Notes: generated by a model not told the origin, from the letters alone. A stretch of DNA of 44,328 bases from Octopus bimaculoides (GCF_001194135.2 NC_068987.1:36950430-36994757), one strand, 5' to 3'. Numbered from the stretch's first letter, positions 10,480-22,992 are shown. Program-made: numbers and translations.

Positions 10480-11830
10480 TTGTTGTCGCTGTTATTATTA
10501 TGTGTGGGGTATGTAATCATTGTGCACAGTTTTGTATTGATGTATAATGGTTCGTTAATTCTTGATCTTTGAGGCTGTTGCTTAATTGTTGATTTGGATG
10601 TAGATTGGTTTGTGTTTATATTTGTTGTGATGTTTTCACTGTTGATGTTATCTTTGATGGTGGCTGTGGTGGCAGTGTTAGTTGTGTGGGTTGTAGTGTA
10701 GTGGAGTTGGTAGCGTTTATTGTACTCCCTTCAAGTCTCTTCCCTTTAAACGTCCCAGCATTATGTGAGGGCAAATTTTTGTTGTTTCTTTTTGTCTCCC
10801 TTCTTACGGGTACAGTTCGCCGTTGTTTTTCTTTATCACGCTCATTTCACATCGTATCTGAGAGAGCTGAAGAGGAGAAGAATGTCTTGTGTTGTGTTGA
10901 TGATGAAAGATTCTGTTGATCAATTTTTGTAGTGACTTTAACCTGTTGCTATTATTTGTTTTACTGGTGTGGATGGATGAGAGTCTGTTTTAACTGGGTC
11001 TTCTCTTGGATGCTGATACTGATACCGCTGCTATTTTTGTTGTTCATATTATTGTTGTTGTATCAATGACCTCAGCATCTGTGAGACTCCTCTTTTTCCC
11101 AACCTTTGGTGTGCTGAAAAGCTTTTAGATACTTTGTCACCGCATAAGTGACACCTAGCTTACTGCTCTCAACCACTTCGAGCACTTGCAAGCCATCTGG
11201 CAGATTTATCCGGTCTGTGATGGCTTTCATGCTGTCTTGGTTTATTTTACCAATAACTCCAGTTCTGCATCCGACTTTCTTTCGCAGCACGTGTACTTGC
11301 AATATATTCATTTTTACTTCTGTATCGAACAAAAGAGCTGTTACTAACCCACAGATACCGATTTCTAGTAATACACAGACTGTTTCGACTTTTATTATTC
11401 TCTGGCCGAGGTAGATCGGTATGTGAACCAATTTGCCACAATTTAAGAGTGTTACAGAATGTTTTCAGAATTCTCTTTGGGCGGAAATCTCACCTCCACC
11501 GTGTCGAACCACACATACTCCCTTCACTGCAGCCACCAGACAGTGGAAACTTCTTATCCAGTCTAAAGGGTCGTGGGATTTACGATAAACTCGGCCGATG
11601 GTTAGATCCATCCTAAACGCAACATCTCTGTACAAGAAAACTCAGTTAGTTGGTAATGTTTGGACAGTGAACCAGTGCGTACAAATCGGTCCGCTGTTTT
11701 GCATGTCGACCGACAGTTCCATCTAACGGTACATCTATACATGAAAAATGTTCTCGAAGCGGTGGGACTCCTCGGTCTGCATAGCTTCGCTAACAATTTT
11801 CAGAAATTATCCATAGTGGTCCCCGGTCCG
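10480..11830 (-). mobile_element. LINE ORF1 (gag-like nucleic-acid-binding protein) remnant
   Basis: Decayed frame from the ATG at 11814: VEVRF, IPIYLGQRIIKV, RINLPDGLQVLEVVES.K, then after a frameshift C-H-L-C-G-D-K..LKAF (eroded CCHC knuckle, ~11120-11160), then a T/P/K-rich tail with 'RRTVPVRRETK'. Confidence 0.6.
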
Positions 11831-12475
11831 AAAGTTCTCCACTCAAAACCAGTCAATTCGTCCTCGTCGACTTTTCCTCGACGACGACGTCGCTCGGAAC
11901 TTCCACTGACCACATTACCCGACTGTAGAAGGTGTGATTCCTAACGACACCCCATTCTGACCTTTACTTTATGCAGGACCACAGCTTCACGAAGGAGATG
12001 TGCTATCGTATGACATGCTTTAGAACCAAAGACAATAATCGCTCAACGTCCAGATATTTTAGCGCGTGTCTGCGCTTCAACAACCACGATAGAAGGAGTT
12101 AGCAGCAGATGAACAGCCTAAGCATCGGAACAAGAGCCACAGTAAACCATAGAAAACACGCTTTAAATATGTCAAATGGAAATTGAGGTTAAGCACATCG
12201 ACGCAATGCAGCTATTTTCCCTTATCTTAAAAAGATCATTGGTTGATTATGAATTTTGAAAAGAGATAATTGAAAACTTATTCTAACAGAAAATAAATTA
12301 AAGCAAATAAAACTGGATTGTATCCAAAATGTCTATGAATGATTAAACACCATATAAAAACGGCTCGTAAGCATGTTTAATTCATATTCCGTCTTCATTA
12401 AGTCTACAATAAGCACTTCAGCTCTTACACTTCCCTACCGACCTACAAATATTATGCCTTTACAAAGGGTGTCTA

Positions 12476-12649
12476 CAGGCGTAGGCGTGGGTGTGTGGTA
12501 AGAAGTATACTTCCGAACCGCATGGCTGGGAAGGCTTCAGTTTTACTGCGTGGCACCTTGAGAAAGAGCTTTCTACTACAGACTCGGGCCGACCAAAGCC
12601 TTGTGAGTAGATTTGGTAGACGGAAACAGAGAAGACTGTCGTGTGTATA

Positions 12650-12706
<57 letters not shown>

Positions 12707-12935
12707 TGTCTGTCTTCCCGCATCACTTGAAAACCGATGTTGGTGTGTTTACGTCCCCGTAACTTACCAGTTGGGCAAAAGATATAGAATAAGTACTAGG
12801 CTTTCAAAGAATAAGTCCTGGGGTCGATTTGTTCGACTAAAACCCTTCAAGGCGGTGCTCCACAGCGGCCGCAATCTAATGACTGAAACAAATAACAGAA
12901 TAACAAAATAACAGAATAGCAGAATAACAGAATTT
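12476..12935 (+). mobile_element. SINE family A, full length with central (TG)n
   Basis: tRNA-like head 'ggcgtaggcgtgg.tgtgtggtaagaag', 'gcgtggcaccttg', 'gggccgaccaaagccttgtgag..gatttggtagacggaaac', (TG)n at 12650-12702, 3' half, (AATAACAG)-type tail. Confidence 0.9.
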
Positions 12936-13239
12936 TGCACGAGATACAGAAGTTACTGTTCAGCAGTGATTATCAGAAAATAACTTCTGAACTTAATTTT
13001 GTGTATCGTTTTAATGTATAACAGAGACATGACAGAATTAAATTATTTCTAACGTTAAAGTAAAATCCATTTGAATACCCCACAAAAATAATCTCTTTCA
13101 CCACTCTCTATCTTTGTTTCTCTCTTTCCTCCTCCTCCTCTCTCTCTCTCTCTCTCCTTCTCAGTTATAGTTTCATGGCTAAGAGATTGGCGCTGCAACA
13201 ATATAGTGTTAGGTTTGATCGACTGAGCTTTTCGTTAGG

Positions 13240-13433
13240 TAATTATCTTCTTATTTCTTTACTGCCCACAAGGGGCTACACACAGAGGGGACAAACAAGG
13301 ACAGACAAACGGATTAAGTCGATTATATTGACGCCAGTGCGTAACTGGTACTTATTTAATCGACCCCGAAAGAATGAAAAGCAAAGTCGACCTCGACGGA
13401 ATTTGAACTCAGAACGTAGCGGCAGACGAAATA
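13240..13433 (-). mobile_element. SINE family B (5' end lost in gap)
   Basis: Reverse complement 'tatttcgtctgccgctacgttctgagttcaaattccgtcgaggtcgactttg...ataagtaccagttacgcactgg...cccttgtgggcagtaaagaaataag'. Confidence 0.9.
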
Positions 13434-14110
13434 NNNNNNNNNNNNNNNNNNNNNNNNNNNNNNNNNNNNNNNNNNNNNNNNNNNNNNNNNNNNNNNNNNN
13501 NNNNNNNNNNNNNNNNNNNNNNNNNNNNNNNNNNNNNNNNNNNNNNNNNNNNNNNNNNNNNNNNNNNNNNNNNNNNNNNNNNNNNNNNNNNNNNNNNNNN
13601 NNNNNNNNNNNNNNNNNNNNNNNNNNNNNNNNNNNNNNNNNNNNNNNNNNNNNNNNNNNNNNNNNNNNNNNNNNNNNNNNNNNNNNNNNNNNNNNNNNNN
13701 NNNNNNNNNNNNNNNNNNNNNNNNNNNNNNNNNNNNNNNNNNNNNNNNNNNNNNNNNNNNNNNNNNNNNNNNNNNNNNNNNNNNNNNNNNNNNNNNNNNN
13801 NNNNNNNNNNNNNNNNNNNNNNNNNNNNNNNNNNNNNNNNNNNNNNNNNNNNNNNNNNNNNNNNNNNNNNNNNNNNNNNNNNNNNNNNNNNNNNNNNNNN
13901 NNNNNNNNNNNNNNNNNNNNNNNNNNNNNNNNNNNNNNNNNNNNNNNNNNNNNNNNNNNNNNNNNNNNNNNNNNNNNNNNNNNNNNNNNNNNNNNNNNNN
14001 NNNNNNNNNNNNNNNNNNNNNNNNNNNNNNNNNNNNNNNNNNNNNNNNNNNNNNNNNNNNNNNNNNNNNNNNNNNNNNNNNNNNNNNNNNNNNNNNNNNN
14101 NNNNNNNNNN
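13434..14110. other. Assembly gap
   Basis: N run. Confidence 0.99.
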
Positions 14111-14139
14111 NACGTGTATGTATGTGTGTGGGTATATGC

Positions 14140-14175
<36 letters not shown>

Positions 14176-14409
14176 CAAATTAATGAGGGTCGCTTATTAG
14201 CAGTTAGAACCTAAAGGCAAGATTGATAGAGGTCACAAAAGTGACAGAGGGTACTGACTAGCACCGCTTTTGCTAATGATAAGAGTTAAATTAGCTCAAA
14301 GCCACAAACGCCCTGTCTTAAGTGACTGGCAAAGTGAGATAAGTCTCCAGCGTGCATAGCCGGATCGCGATTTTGGATTTTGATGTAAACCATCTTAATC
14401 CTCATTAAG

Positions 14410-14559
14410 ATATATATGTATATTTCTTTGTATGTATGTGTGTATATGCATATTTGTGTGGAGATGTACACATACGTAGCTCTCTCTGTGTCTGTGTATA
14501 TCTATACGTTTGTATATGTGTCTGCGTTTTGTATATGTAATCCTATTGGTGAATATATA

Positions 14560-14605
<46 letters not shown>

Positions 14606-14855
14606 TGTATGTGTGTGTATGTGTTTGTGTATATTTGTATACGTGCATGTGCTTGGATATATGTGTGTGCTTGTGTGCGTAGGCATAGGTGTGTATGGAT
14701 AGAGATATCTGTGTGTCGCCGTACTTTCGTTTTTCTTTTTTCATTTAATTTAACCTTACCTGTATAATTTTATTTAGTTCGGAATTACTCTGTCTATTCT
14801 CTAATCAAATTACCACTAATGTGTGTGCGAATATATATCCCAGTATATATGTGGG

Positions 14856-14895
<40 letters not shown>

Positions 14896-15300
14896 CATTT
14901 GTATGTATATATGTATCGGTGTATGTATTTATGTATGTATGCATGTATGTATGTGTAAATGTATGTATGTATATATCTATGTGTGTGTATATATTTATGT
15001 ACGTACGTACGCATGTACGTGTCTGTATTGATGTACTGATATACCTATACGATCGTGTGGGTGTCTCTGTGTGTGTTTGTGTGTATGGATTTATGTGTGT
15101 GTGTGTGTGTGTATGTGCGTCTCTATGAATGTATAAATGCATATATATATAAATATATACAAGTTGTGTGGGTCTCTGTGTGTGTGCGAATATGTGTGTG
15201 TGTGTGTGTGTGTGGAATCTCTGTCTGTGCGTGCATATGTGTCTGCGTCCCCATGAGTATATATACGTATGTGTGTATCTATGTGTACATTTCTGTATCA
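14410..15300. repeat. Mixed (TG)/(TA)/(TATG) low-complexity tract
   Basis: Direct reading. Confidence 0.9.
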
Positions 15301-17479
15301 ATGTTCGTCTTGTACTATTCCTACTTGTATCTCTCCCCCAGTGCTGAAACACACTAAGGTCATAAATTAAGTCCCCCACAACATACATCATTAACATCCT
15401 CATCCTTTGACTCCGGACAATTGTTTAGTTATCTTTTTGATAGATCTTTTCACCTTAAGTTGTTGACTAATGTCGCTGTGTGGTTAAATACATCGTCTTC
15501 CATCGGCCGAAGTTTGATAACAATGGCTCTGCCTGTACGGACTCACACACCGCCAGAATACGACTGGATAAACCGTTTTGTTATATGCAGCACTGCCCAC
15601 TGTATTTACTTCTTCCCTTTTCTTCTTCCTCTACTACTACTACTACTACTACAACTACTTCTTCCAATTGATTCTTCTCTTTCGCCTCCTTCTATTTGTC
15701 TTCCTCCTCCTCCTTTTGTGGATAGAAAAGGTCGAAGAGTGCGACGTCAGCAATATATACATGTTTGTGTGTGTAATTTAGATGACTCTACAAATTTGAC
15801 CAGGAATTCCTTATTGTTCTTAGACACTTCAATGCACATAGTGTTAAAGTTAGCTATTCCTACCTAGACAGTATTCGCTTCCACGACAACACACCACAAT
15901 AATAAAGACTAACTTCCCATTCCCTTACTCAGCAATTCTCTGCTGAAATCAAGCCACCTGCACGCTGAGAGATTTCTGTTTTTCCAAAGCCGTGGTACAT
16001 AGAAATGTTCTCATTCCACCGGACTATATCCAAAGGGATGCTTGCCGCTAGCGATTACACTAGACAGCTCCAGAGATAGGATACTCCGCTTCTTTGTCGT
16101 GGTTTATTTGAAAAACCAAGAGACTAAAGACACTGCTACCCAACAATAACTTGAAATTTTGACCACTGTGTCTCCTCATACTCTAACAGATTACGTGACT
16201 GCAAACTTTGTGTAATAATTTGCATATCCTGAAACAAAGCTTTCTATTCCTCAATAGAAAAACCTGGGGCGTCCAATTCCGTCACAATCAATCGTTTCTA
16301 CTGGGCTGTTTTTAAACAAGTGGCCTGGGAAAATGCTACAACTTATTGGAGTTGTTATTGATGTTTAAACTTGGTACGCGCGTTTTCAATTCTATCAAAC
16401 TCTGAATAATGGATGTTTAAGTCAACAAATGTTCACCTACACATACACGTGCTCTCTCATACACACACGTGTGCGTATATATGTATTTATGTTTGTATGT
16501 ATTCATATCTTTCGCCTGTGTATATTGATTATGGATATAAACATCAGCCAGAAACAAAAACAAATTGTGACACGCCATCGTTACTCTCGTTATCCTATAT
16601 CAAGTGATTAGGTTGGAAACATGTAGCCACCTAGAAATTGTTCACAAATTCCTATAAAAATATAATAAATATAAAAGGGCCTTTGGATTGCATTTAAGTG
16701 TAGCATCACGGCAATACACAATCAAATAACACCATATATACCTGCTAAAATGAAATATAGAAGGGCGTAGAGCATGCCTTGATAATAATCTGTCTCTAAT
16801 TTTATACAAACTTACAATTGGAGGGAACAAGAGGAATTATTGACTGATTATATTCAAAGAAGGAAATCATTAATATCGTAAACAATCTAAAACGAAGGAT
16901 GAGTGTAATAACAATTTGAATTTCTAAGAAATTTGAAATTTTAACAAACAAAAGTAATAGAGAGAATCGTAGACAAACAACATTTAACAACTTAAAGTTC
17001 ATAATACACATACTGAAAAAGTATGTCAGTCATAAAATACACATGATAAATAATGGTATGATTATTCAAGTAGTCTTTTATATAGTGCTTTTAATGCTAA
17101 CTGAACGCAGCTCTGTTCGACTTGGAAGCATGCAATGTCATGATTTTGTATACTTATATTATATGGCTAATTTATGTGTGCAGTGATTAGTAGCGCTATT
17201 TTCTATTTGCTGTGTATATTAGTAATTTTTACATTTTATTTATATATTCACATCTTTTTAATTATTCCCTATGATCATTGTTTCCGTTTTCATCCTAAAT
17301 ACTGTTAATCTCTATTTCTAGAGCTTCATATTTGTATAGTTTTTCACTTTAAGAGATATAATATAGGTGCGCTTGGATTTCAGTTGCCTATTTTGCCTGA
17401 GTCAGTAATTTATTTTCTCAGTCTTAATAAATTTTGGAATCTATTTTTTTTTTTTTCGAGAAGTATATTTTTGAATCAT

Positions 17480-18648
17480 TTTGGAATCTATGTTGTTTTG
17501 TCTTGCTTTTTTAGTTAATTTTTGTTTATTTTCAGATCATTAAAATGGAATGTCAAGTTAAGAAAAACGAGCATTTTCGACACCTCCTTCTTTTTGCTTT
17601 TAATCAAGGTTCTAAGGCTGCAAAAGCTGCTCACAACATTTGTGCTGTGTATGGAGAAGGCGCCATAGCTGAAAGAACCGCTCGTGATTGGTATGCCAAG
17701 TTCAAAATGGAAATTTTGACCTCAAAGACACAGCTTGTTCTGGCCGTCCAGTTGAGTTCGATGAAGAGCGATTAAACAAACTTTTGCACGAAAATTCTCG
17801 TCAAACGACAAGGGAACTGACAGAGAAAATGAAATGCTCTCACACTGCTATAGAGAAGCATTTTCACTTGATGGGAAACGTTCAGACGTATGGAGCATGG
17901 GTTCCGCATGCTTTAAGTGACAACAAAAATCAACAATCTCCGCTGGTTTTCTTGCTAGTCACCGCTCAACTCATGGACACAAGCAACGATTTTTTTACGG
18001 AATCGTTACTGGCGACGAAAAATGGTGCCTGTACATCAATATGAAGCAGCGTAAGGAATGGCTTAGCCCCGGTAAACAAGCGATACCGAGCGTGAAACAA
18101 GATCTTCATCCGCGTAAAACGACGTTGTGCGTATGGTGGGACTAGAAAGAGATTATCCATTACGAATTGCTTGAACGGAACCAAACGATCAACGCGGAAC
18201 TTTATATTCAACAGATAGAACGACTCAACACGGCTGTTCAACAGAAAAGACCTAATCGGCAACATGGAGTTCTGCTGCACGCCCGCCCTCATATCGCCAA
18301 TATGACCAAGGAAGCCATTCAAACACATGGCTGGGAAGTGTTGCCACACCCGTCGTACTGTCCTGATTTGGCACCAACGGATTTCCACTTCTTTCGATCT
18401 CTTTCAAATGCTATGCGCGGAGTTTCGTTCAATACTGATGCAGAATTGAGAGCTTGGTTGGATCAATTTTTCGAGTCGAAATCGAGTGGTTTCTACCAAA
18501 GAGGTACTGAAAATCTTGTTGAACGTTGGGAAGAAGTTGTAAACAACAAGGGTGAATACATTATTGATTAATTAGTTGCTATTTTTTTTAAACCTTTTAA
18601 AAAATTTAAACTTAAATAAACGGCGGGAACTTAGTTGCCAGCCCAATA
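17480..18648 (+). mobile_element. Mariner (DD34D) DNA transposon, decayed, right TIR only
   Basis: Transposase remnant at 17545-18571. The 3' end 'cggcgggaacttagttgccagcccaa|ta' (18621-18648) is a mariner-type TIR with TA. No convincing left TIR. Confidence 0.9.
17545..18571 (+). pseudogene. Mariner transposase pseudogene
   Basis: HTH region RHLLLFAFNQG...ERTARDW, SGRP, WVPHAL, VTGDEKW, MLCVWWD followed by a stop, HARPH (DN missing), YCPDLAPTDFHFFRSL, RW..VVNN.GEYIID*. Frameshifts near 17705 and 17935. Confidence 0.92.
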
Positions 18649-19283
18649 AATTGTTCCCGATTATTCGAAATGTCCGCCCTATTTTATATACCAATTATCG
18701 TACATTAAAAAGTACACATTCTACTTTTAACAGTGGGCAAAAATATATGACTTCCTTTAATAATGTGCGTTGGTCTTGTTTAATGGCGATTCATTTCACC
18801 AGGTATTGATTTGGATTATGATAAGCCATCACTGATAACTATTAGCGGTAACTAATCGGAGTTTAAGGCAAATATTAACAAATACTTGACATAGAGATAT
18901 AAAAATCTTCATTATGTAAAAGCATATCTGTATCCTTCAACATTTTTGTAATTTGATTTTAATATTCGTTATTACACCATCAGTATTAATTACTCTATGA
19001 ATTAATGAAGAACCTTGATGGATGGTAGAGAGGTAGAGTCAGAACGAATATAGCAAGGCTTCGGATATTTAGTTATGTCTCTTTACCGTTTGATTTTCAA
19101 TCCTGCCAAAATTATCATCACATTTCATGATTACACAATCACACGAAAGAAATGCCTATGAATTATGTGGTTCTGTTTAACTGATTTCTAGCGACCCTAA
19201 AAAATACGACTTTTGTGAAGTTATTAATGTTCTTATAGTACAAAAAAATTGGAAACAATTTTATTATTGTTGTTGTTGTTGAT

Positions 19284-20470
19284 AAGATGCAAATTGGCAG
19301 GATCGTTAACACGCTGAATACAATGTTTAGCCCCCTTTCCTCCGGCCTTATGTTCTGAGTTCAAATTCCGCTGAGGTCGACTTCGCCTTTCATCCTTTCG
19401 AGACCAATAAGTTAAGTATCAGTGAAACAATGGGGTTGATGTAATCGACTATTACCCTCCCCAAAATTTCTGACCTTGAGCCTATAATAGAAAAGATTGT
19501 TATTATTAAGACGGCAAACTGGCAGAACCGTTAGCATGCCGGATAAGATGCTTAGCAGCATTTCGTTTCGTTTTTACGTTCTGAGTTCAAATTCCGCTGA
19601 GGCCGACTTTGACTTTCATCCTTTCAGGGTCGATAAAATAAGTACCAGTTTAGCACTGGGGGCGATTTAATCGATTTAGCCTCTCCATTAAAACTGCCGG
19701 CCTTGCGCCAAAATTTGAAGCTATTATTGTGCTTGCAATGAAAAACAGAAATAGACAAACGCCTTGTCACCCATCAGCTGAGCACTGGGATCGATGTAAT
19801 CGTCTATCCCCGCTCGACCCAAAATAGAAAGAATTGTTATAATCATTGGTTTCAAATTTTGGTAGAAGACCAGCAATTTCAGGGCAGGGGTTAGTAGATT
19901 ACATTGACCCCAGTGTTCAACTGACAAAGTCGACCTCGGCGGCATTTGAACTCACAAACTAAAAACGGACGAAATGTCACGAAGCATTTCGCCCGACGTG
20001 CTACCGATTTTGCCAGATCGCTGCGGTAAGAAATGTTATTAGTTATTGACAAAATACTTAGCGGCATATTTCGTTCTGAATTCAAATGTCACTGGGGTCG
20101 ACTGTGCATTTTGATTCTATCGGGTTCGATAAAATAAGGACCCTCTAAGCACTGGGTTTGGGGTAATCGTCTATTCACTCACCACAAAATTTCAGGCTTA
20201 TAGAAGTCTTATTTCAGCCTACAGAAGAAAAATTATCATTGTTGTTGTTGTTGTTGTTGTTGTCATCGTTAAGGAAGCGAAAGAGAGTCGAGGAAAACGC
20301 CTTGCAATATTTGTCCGGCTCATTTCGTTCCGAGTTCAAATCTCGCTGAGGTTAACTTTTCTTTTCTTCCTTTCGTGGTTGATAATATATATACCAGTTA
20401 AGCACTAGGGTCGATGGTGTCAACTAACCCCCACATCAAATTTCGGGCCTTGCCCTGAATTAAAAACAAT
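19284..20470. mobile_element. Cluster of six SINE family B copies: 19284-19500 +, 19508-19725 +, 19770-19830 + partial, 19845-20024 -, 20052-20235 +, 20270-20470 +
   Basis: Most show the B-box 'gagttcaaa' and/or the central 'cctttcatcctt..ggtcgataaaataagtacc' module; copies are separated by short ATT/GTT runs. Confidence 0.85.
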
Positions 20471-21463
20471 TGTTGTTGTTTAGATCCAGATCAGTCCTGT
20501 GCAAACTTTCTCCAAAGGCAATCTAACCGTGACCCTCTAATTGTTTTCCTTTCTTCAGAAAGCTCAGAGGAACATTAACAGACATATCCCTTTTTATAGA
20601 TATAGGGTGTAATGTGAGGGAGATTTGGCTTCTATTTCGTGCAAATGGATGGGCCACAAATATACCTACTTTTTGACTGGAGACAGTTGAGTTAAATATA
20701 GTAGCGTATATACTATTGAAATTAACAGATTCGTTATAGTTGTGAATACCTATATGTTTAAAACAACGTATATACATACGTTTACATACACACAGCTTGT
20801 TCACCTTGTTTTCAGTGGCTTTTTCCTCTTTCAAATTTTAGGACTCTAGATAATTAGAGCTAAGTATTCGCCCATCAAAGAATACTTTTACATAAATTAG
20901 TATGTACATTAAATGTTAAAGTTCTTTCCTTTTCTTGAAAGGCAACGGTTTTTATCAGCCTTTTTCTTTTTATTTTCTATTAAATTTCTTTCAGCTTCTC
21001 AAAATATTCTCTTTTGGGAATAAAAATGAAGTTCCACTTTCCTTTAGAATTGTAATGTATGGAAAATAATTCATGATTTCAAAAATTCTAAAGTGGAATA
21101 ATCGTAAATAATTTATAGACAGAAATAGTTCCAATTTGGTTTTGTCATGTTAGCTACGTATGTGTGAATATGGACGTGTATGTATATATATATGTATGTG
21201 TGTGCGTGTGTAAGTATATAAGAGTGTGCGTGCATGTATGTGTGTATTTATGTATGTATCGATGTACACATATCTGTGTGTGTTTTCATGTCTCGGTCTT
21301 ACAGATTAACTAGAACGGCTCAGTGTTTGAGTGTGGAGTATAAAGATACATGGTTTTAAAGCTCTTCTCGGGTGAATTAGTAGTTCCAAGGAAATCAATG
21401 ACTTCGCACAGGCTTTAGAGAAATTTTATGACCTCAAATTTTTACCTTCTTGTAGAATTATGT

Positions 21464-21530
<67 letters not shown>
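21464..21530. repeat. (TG)n microsatellite
   Basis: Direct reading; abuts the 3' end of the LINE at 21531. Confidence 0.95.
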
Positions 21531-21532
<2 letters not shown>

Positions 21533-22910
21533 TTTTTCTTTCATTTTTTTTTTAAGTTTTTCATGAGAAAATTCAAGCCGGTCGCTAACAAAGCGACAAG
21601 ACTTTTAGTGTATATAAATACGTGGTTGAGTTGGTGTGTTTGTTGAAGTTCCGATGCATCTATTCACATAAGAATCTCAGATGGAGAATTTCTGGAATGT
21701 CTTACATTGTGCCACTAATAGATTGGATTTGGAGAATCCGCGTCAGTTTCTTTTGCTTTTTCTTCGTGAAACCGAGTATTTCTAGGTTTTTGTGCAAATT
21801 TGTTGGTAGATAACTTAATGCACCTATGACGATAGGTACAAATGGGAATTTATAGTCAGGACACAAGAGCTGTAAATTCTGCATTAATTCGCCATAAATG
21901 TTCTCTTCCTGGACCTATGACTGTACATACACATCCACTGTACAGCTGACCTCCACAACAGTGCATGGTTTTCCCCTGTCCCACACAACAATATTAGGTT
22001 TGTTATGCTTGCACCAAATTGATACTTTTATTGGCATGTTCCACCAATATTCCTTGTTTTTAAAGGTGTGCATGCCTGCTGGCTCTTATGTATACGTCAA
22101 GGCAGTCCTTCCTGTGAATAGCATTGTAAATAACCTTTGCAACTATATCATGCCTCAGGGGCAAGTAGTATCTCACAGACATTTTGGAGCAACTGCTGAT
22201 ATCTTCCACACTGGTATAGCAGAGCCGATATTTTTTTTTTATCACAACGTGGAAGTTTGGTAGTATCTTTGTCCCTCCTTTTTATCAGATATTTAGTAGC
22301 TATATCCTATTCCTGGATTGTGAAGGCATATCCTTCTAGATACGATGTAATATACCTATCGTATGTCCAGGGAAGACTACTCTTCCTGTCAATGCTGTTG
22401 TCGCTGTCTAGCTTACGTGATATGTGCCCATGCATTGCTTTTTGTTGGTATGATGCCTGCTTCTGCTTAGGTAGGTCAGTGCATCCTCCTTTGAGCTGCA
22501 TGAGACGGTTGTATTCTCAGAGTAACTGCACAGCAGTTCCTCTCCAACTCTGAAGATGTTGTTGCTCTTACTTTTGAGTATGCATTTAATATACTCATTT
22601 CTTTCTTTATTGTTCAATAAATGTTGTCAAAGTGATACAATACAATATTCAAGGGCTGTTTGAACTGACCTTATGCCTCTAGCGCCATCATTTCGTCTCA
22701 CATAAATATTATCGGTGTCACTGTTAATGTGGACGTTTCCAGTAATGATCAGCACCTTTCTGGTTGTGATGTTGAGGCAGTGTATTTCATCGAGCGTCCA
22801 GTCCAATATCCCAAATATTGGTACTAGCAATGAAGCTGAAAAAGCATTGCGAGATACGAGCACGTTAAATGCAAACAGCTCTGAGTTCCATATTTTCAAG
22901 TTTACAGGTG
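21531..22910 (-). mobile_element. RLE LINE remnant (family 2, R4/NeSL-like): RT C-terminus, CCHC region, endonuclease, 3' UTR
   Basis: FGILDWTLDEI..LNITTRKVL..TGN.HINSD.D.IY..R.DG.RG, MHGH, LEGYAFTIQE, RLC..SVEDISSC.KMS.RYYLPLRHDIVAK, WWN.PIK...KHNKPNIVVWDR, LQLLCPDYKF.FVPIVIGAL, LQIQSISGT. Confidence 0.85.
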
Positions 22911-22912
22911 TT

Positions 22913-22992
22913 TGAACGCAGAACGTAACGGCAGACGAAATACCGCTAAGCATTTCGCCCGGCGTGCTAACGTTTCTGCCAGCTCGCCGCCT
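22913..22992 (-). mobile_element. SINE family B head only
   Basis: Reverse complement 'aggcggcgagctggcagaaacgttagcacgccgggcgaaatgcttagcggtatttcgtctgccgttacgttctgcgttcaaa', stopping at the B box. Confidence 0.9.

Noticed and set aside
16020-16090. Minus-strand peptide SVIASGKHPFG resembling a kinase subdomain IX
   Set aside because: Only a 7-residue resemblance, followed by a stop and with no other kinase motifs nearby.
17389-17410. Possible left mariner TIR ('tattttgcctgagtcagtaatt')
   Set aside because: It matches the reverse complement of the right TIR only at a few positions; this could be chance in AT-rich DNA.
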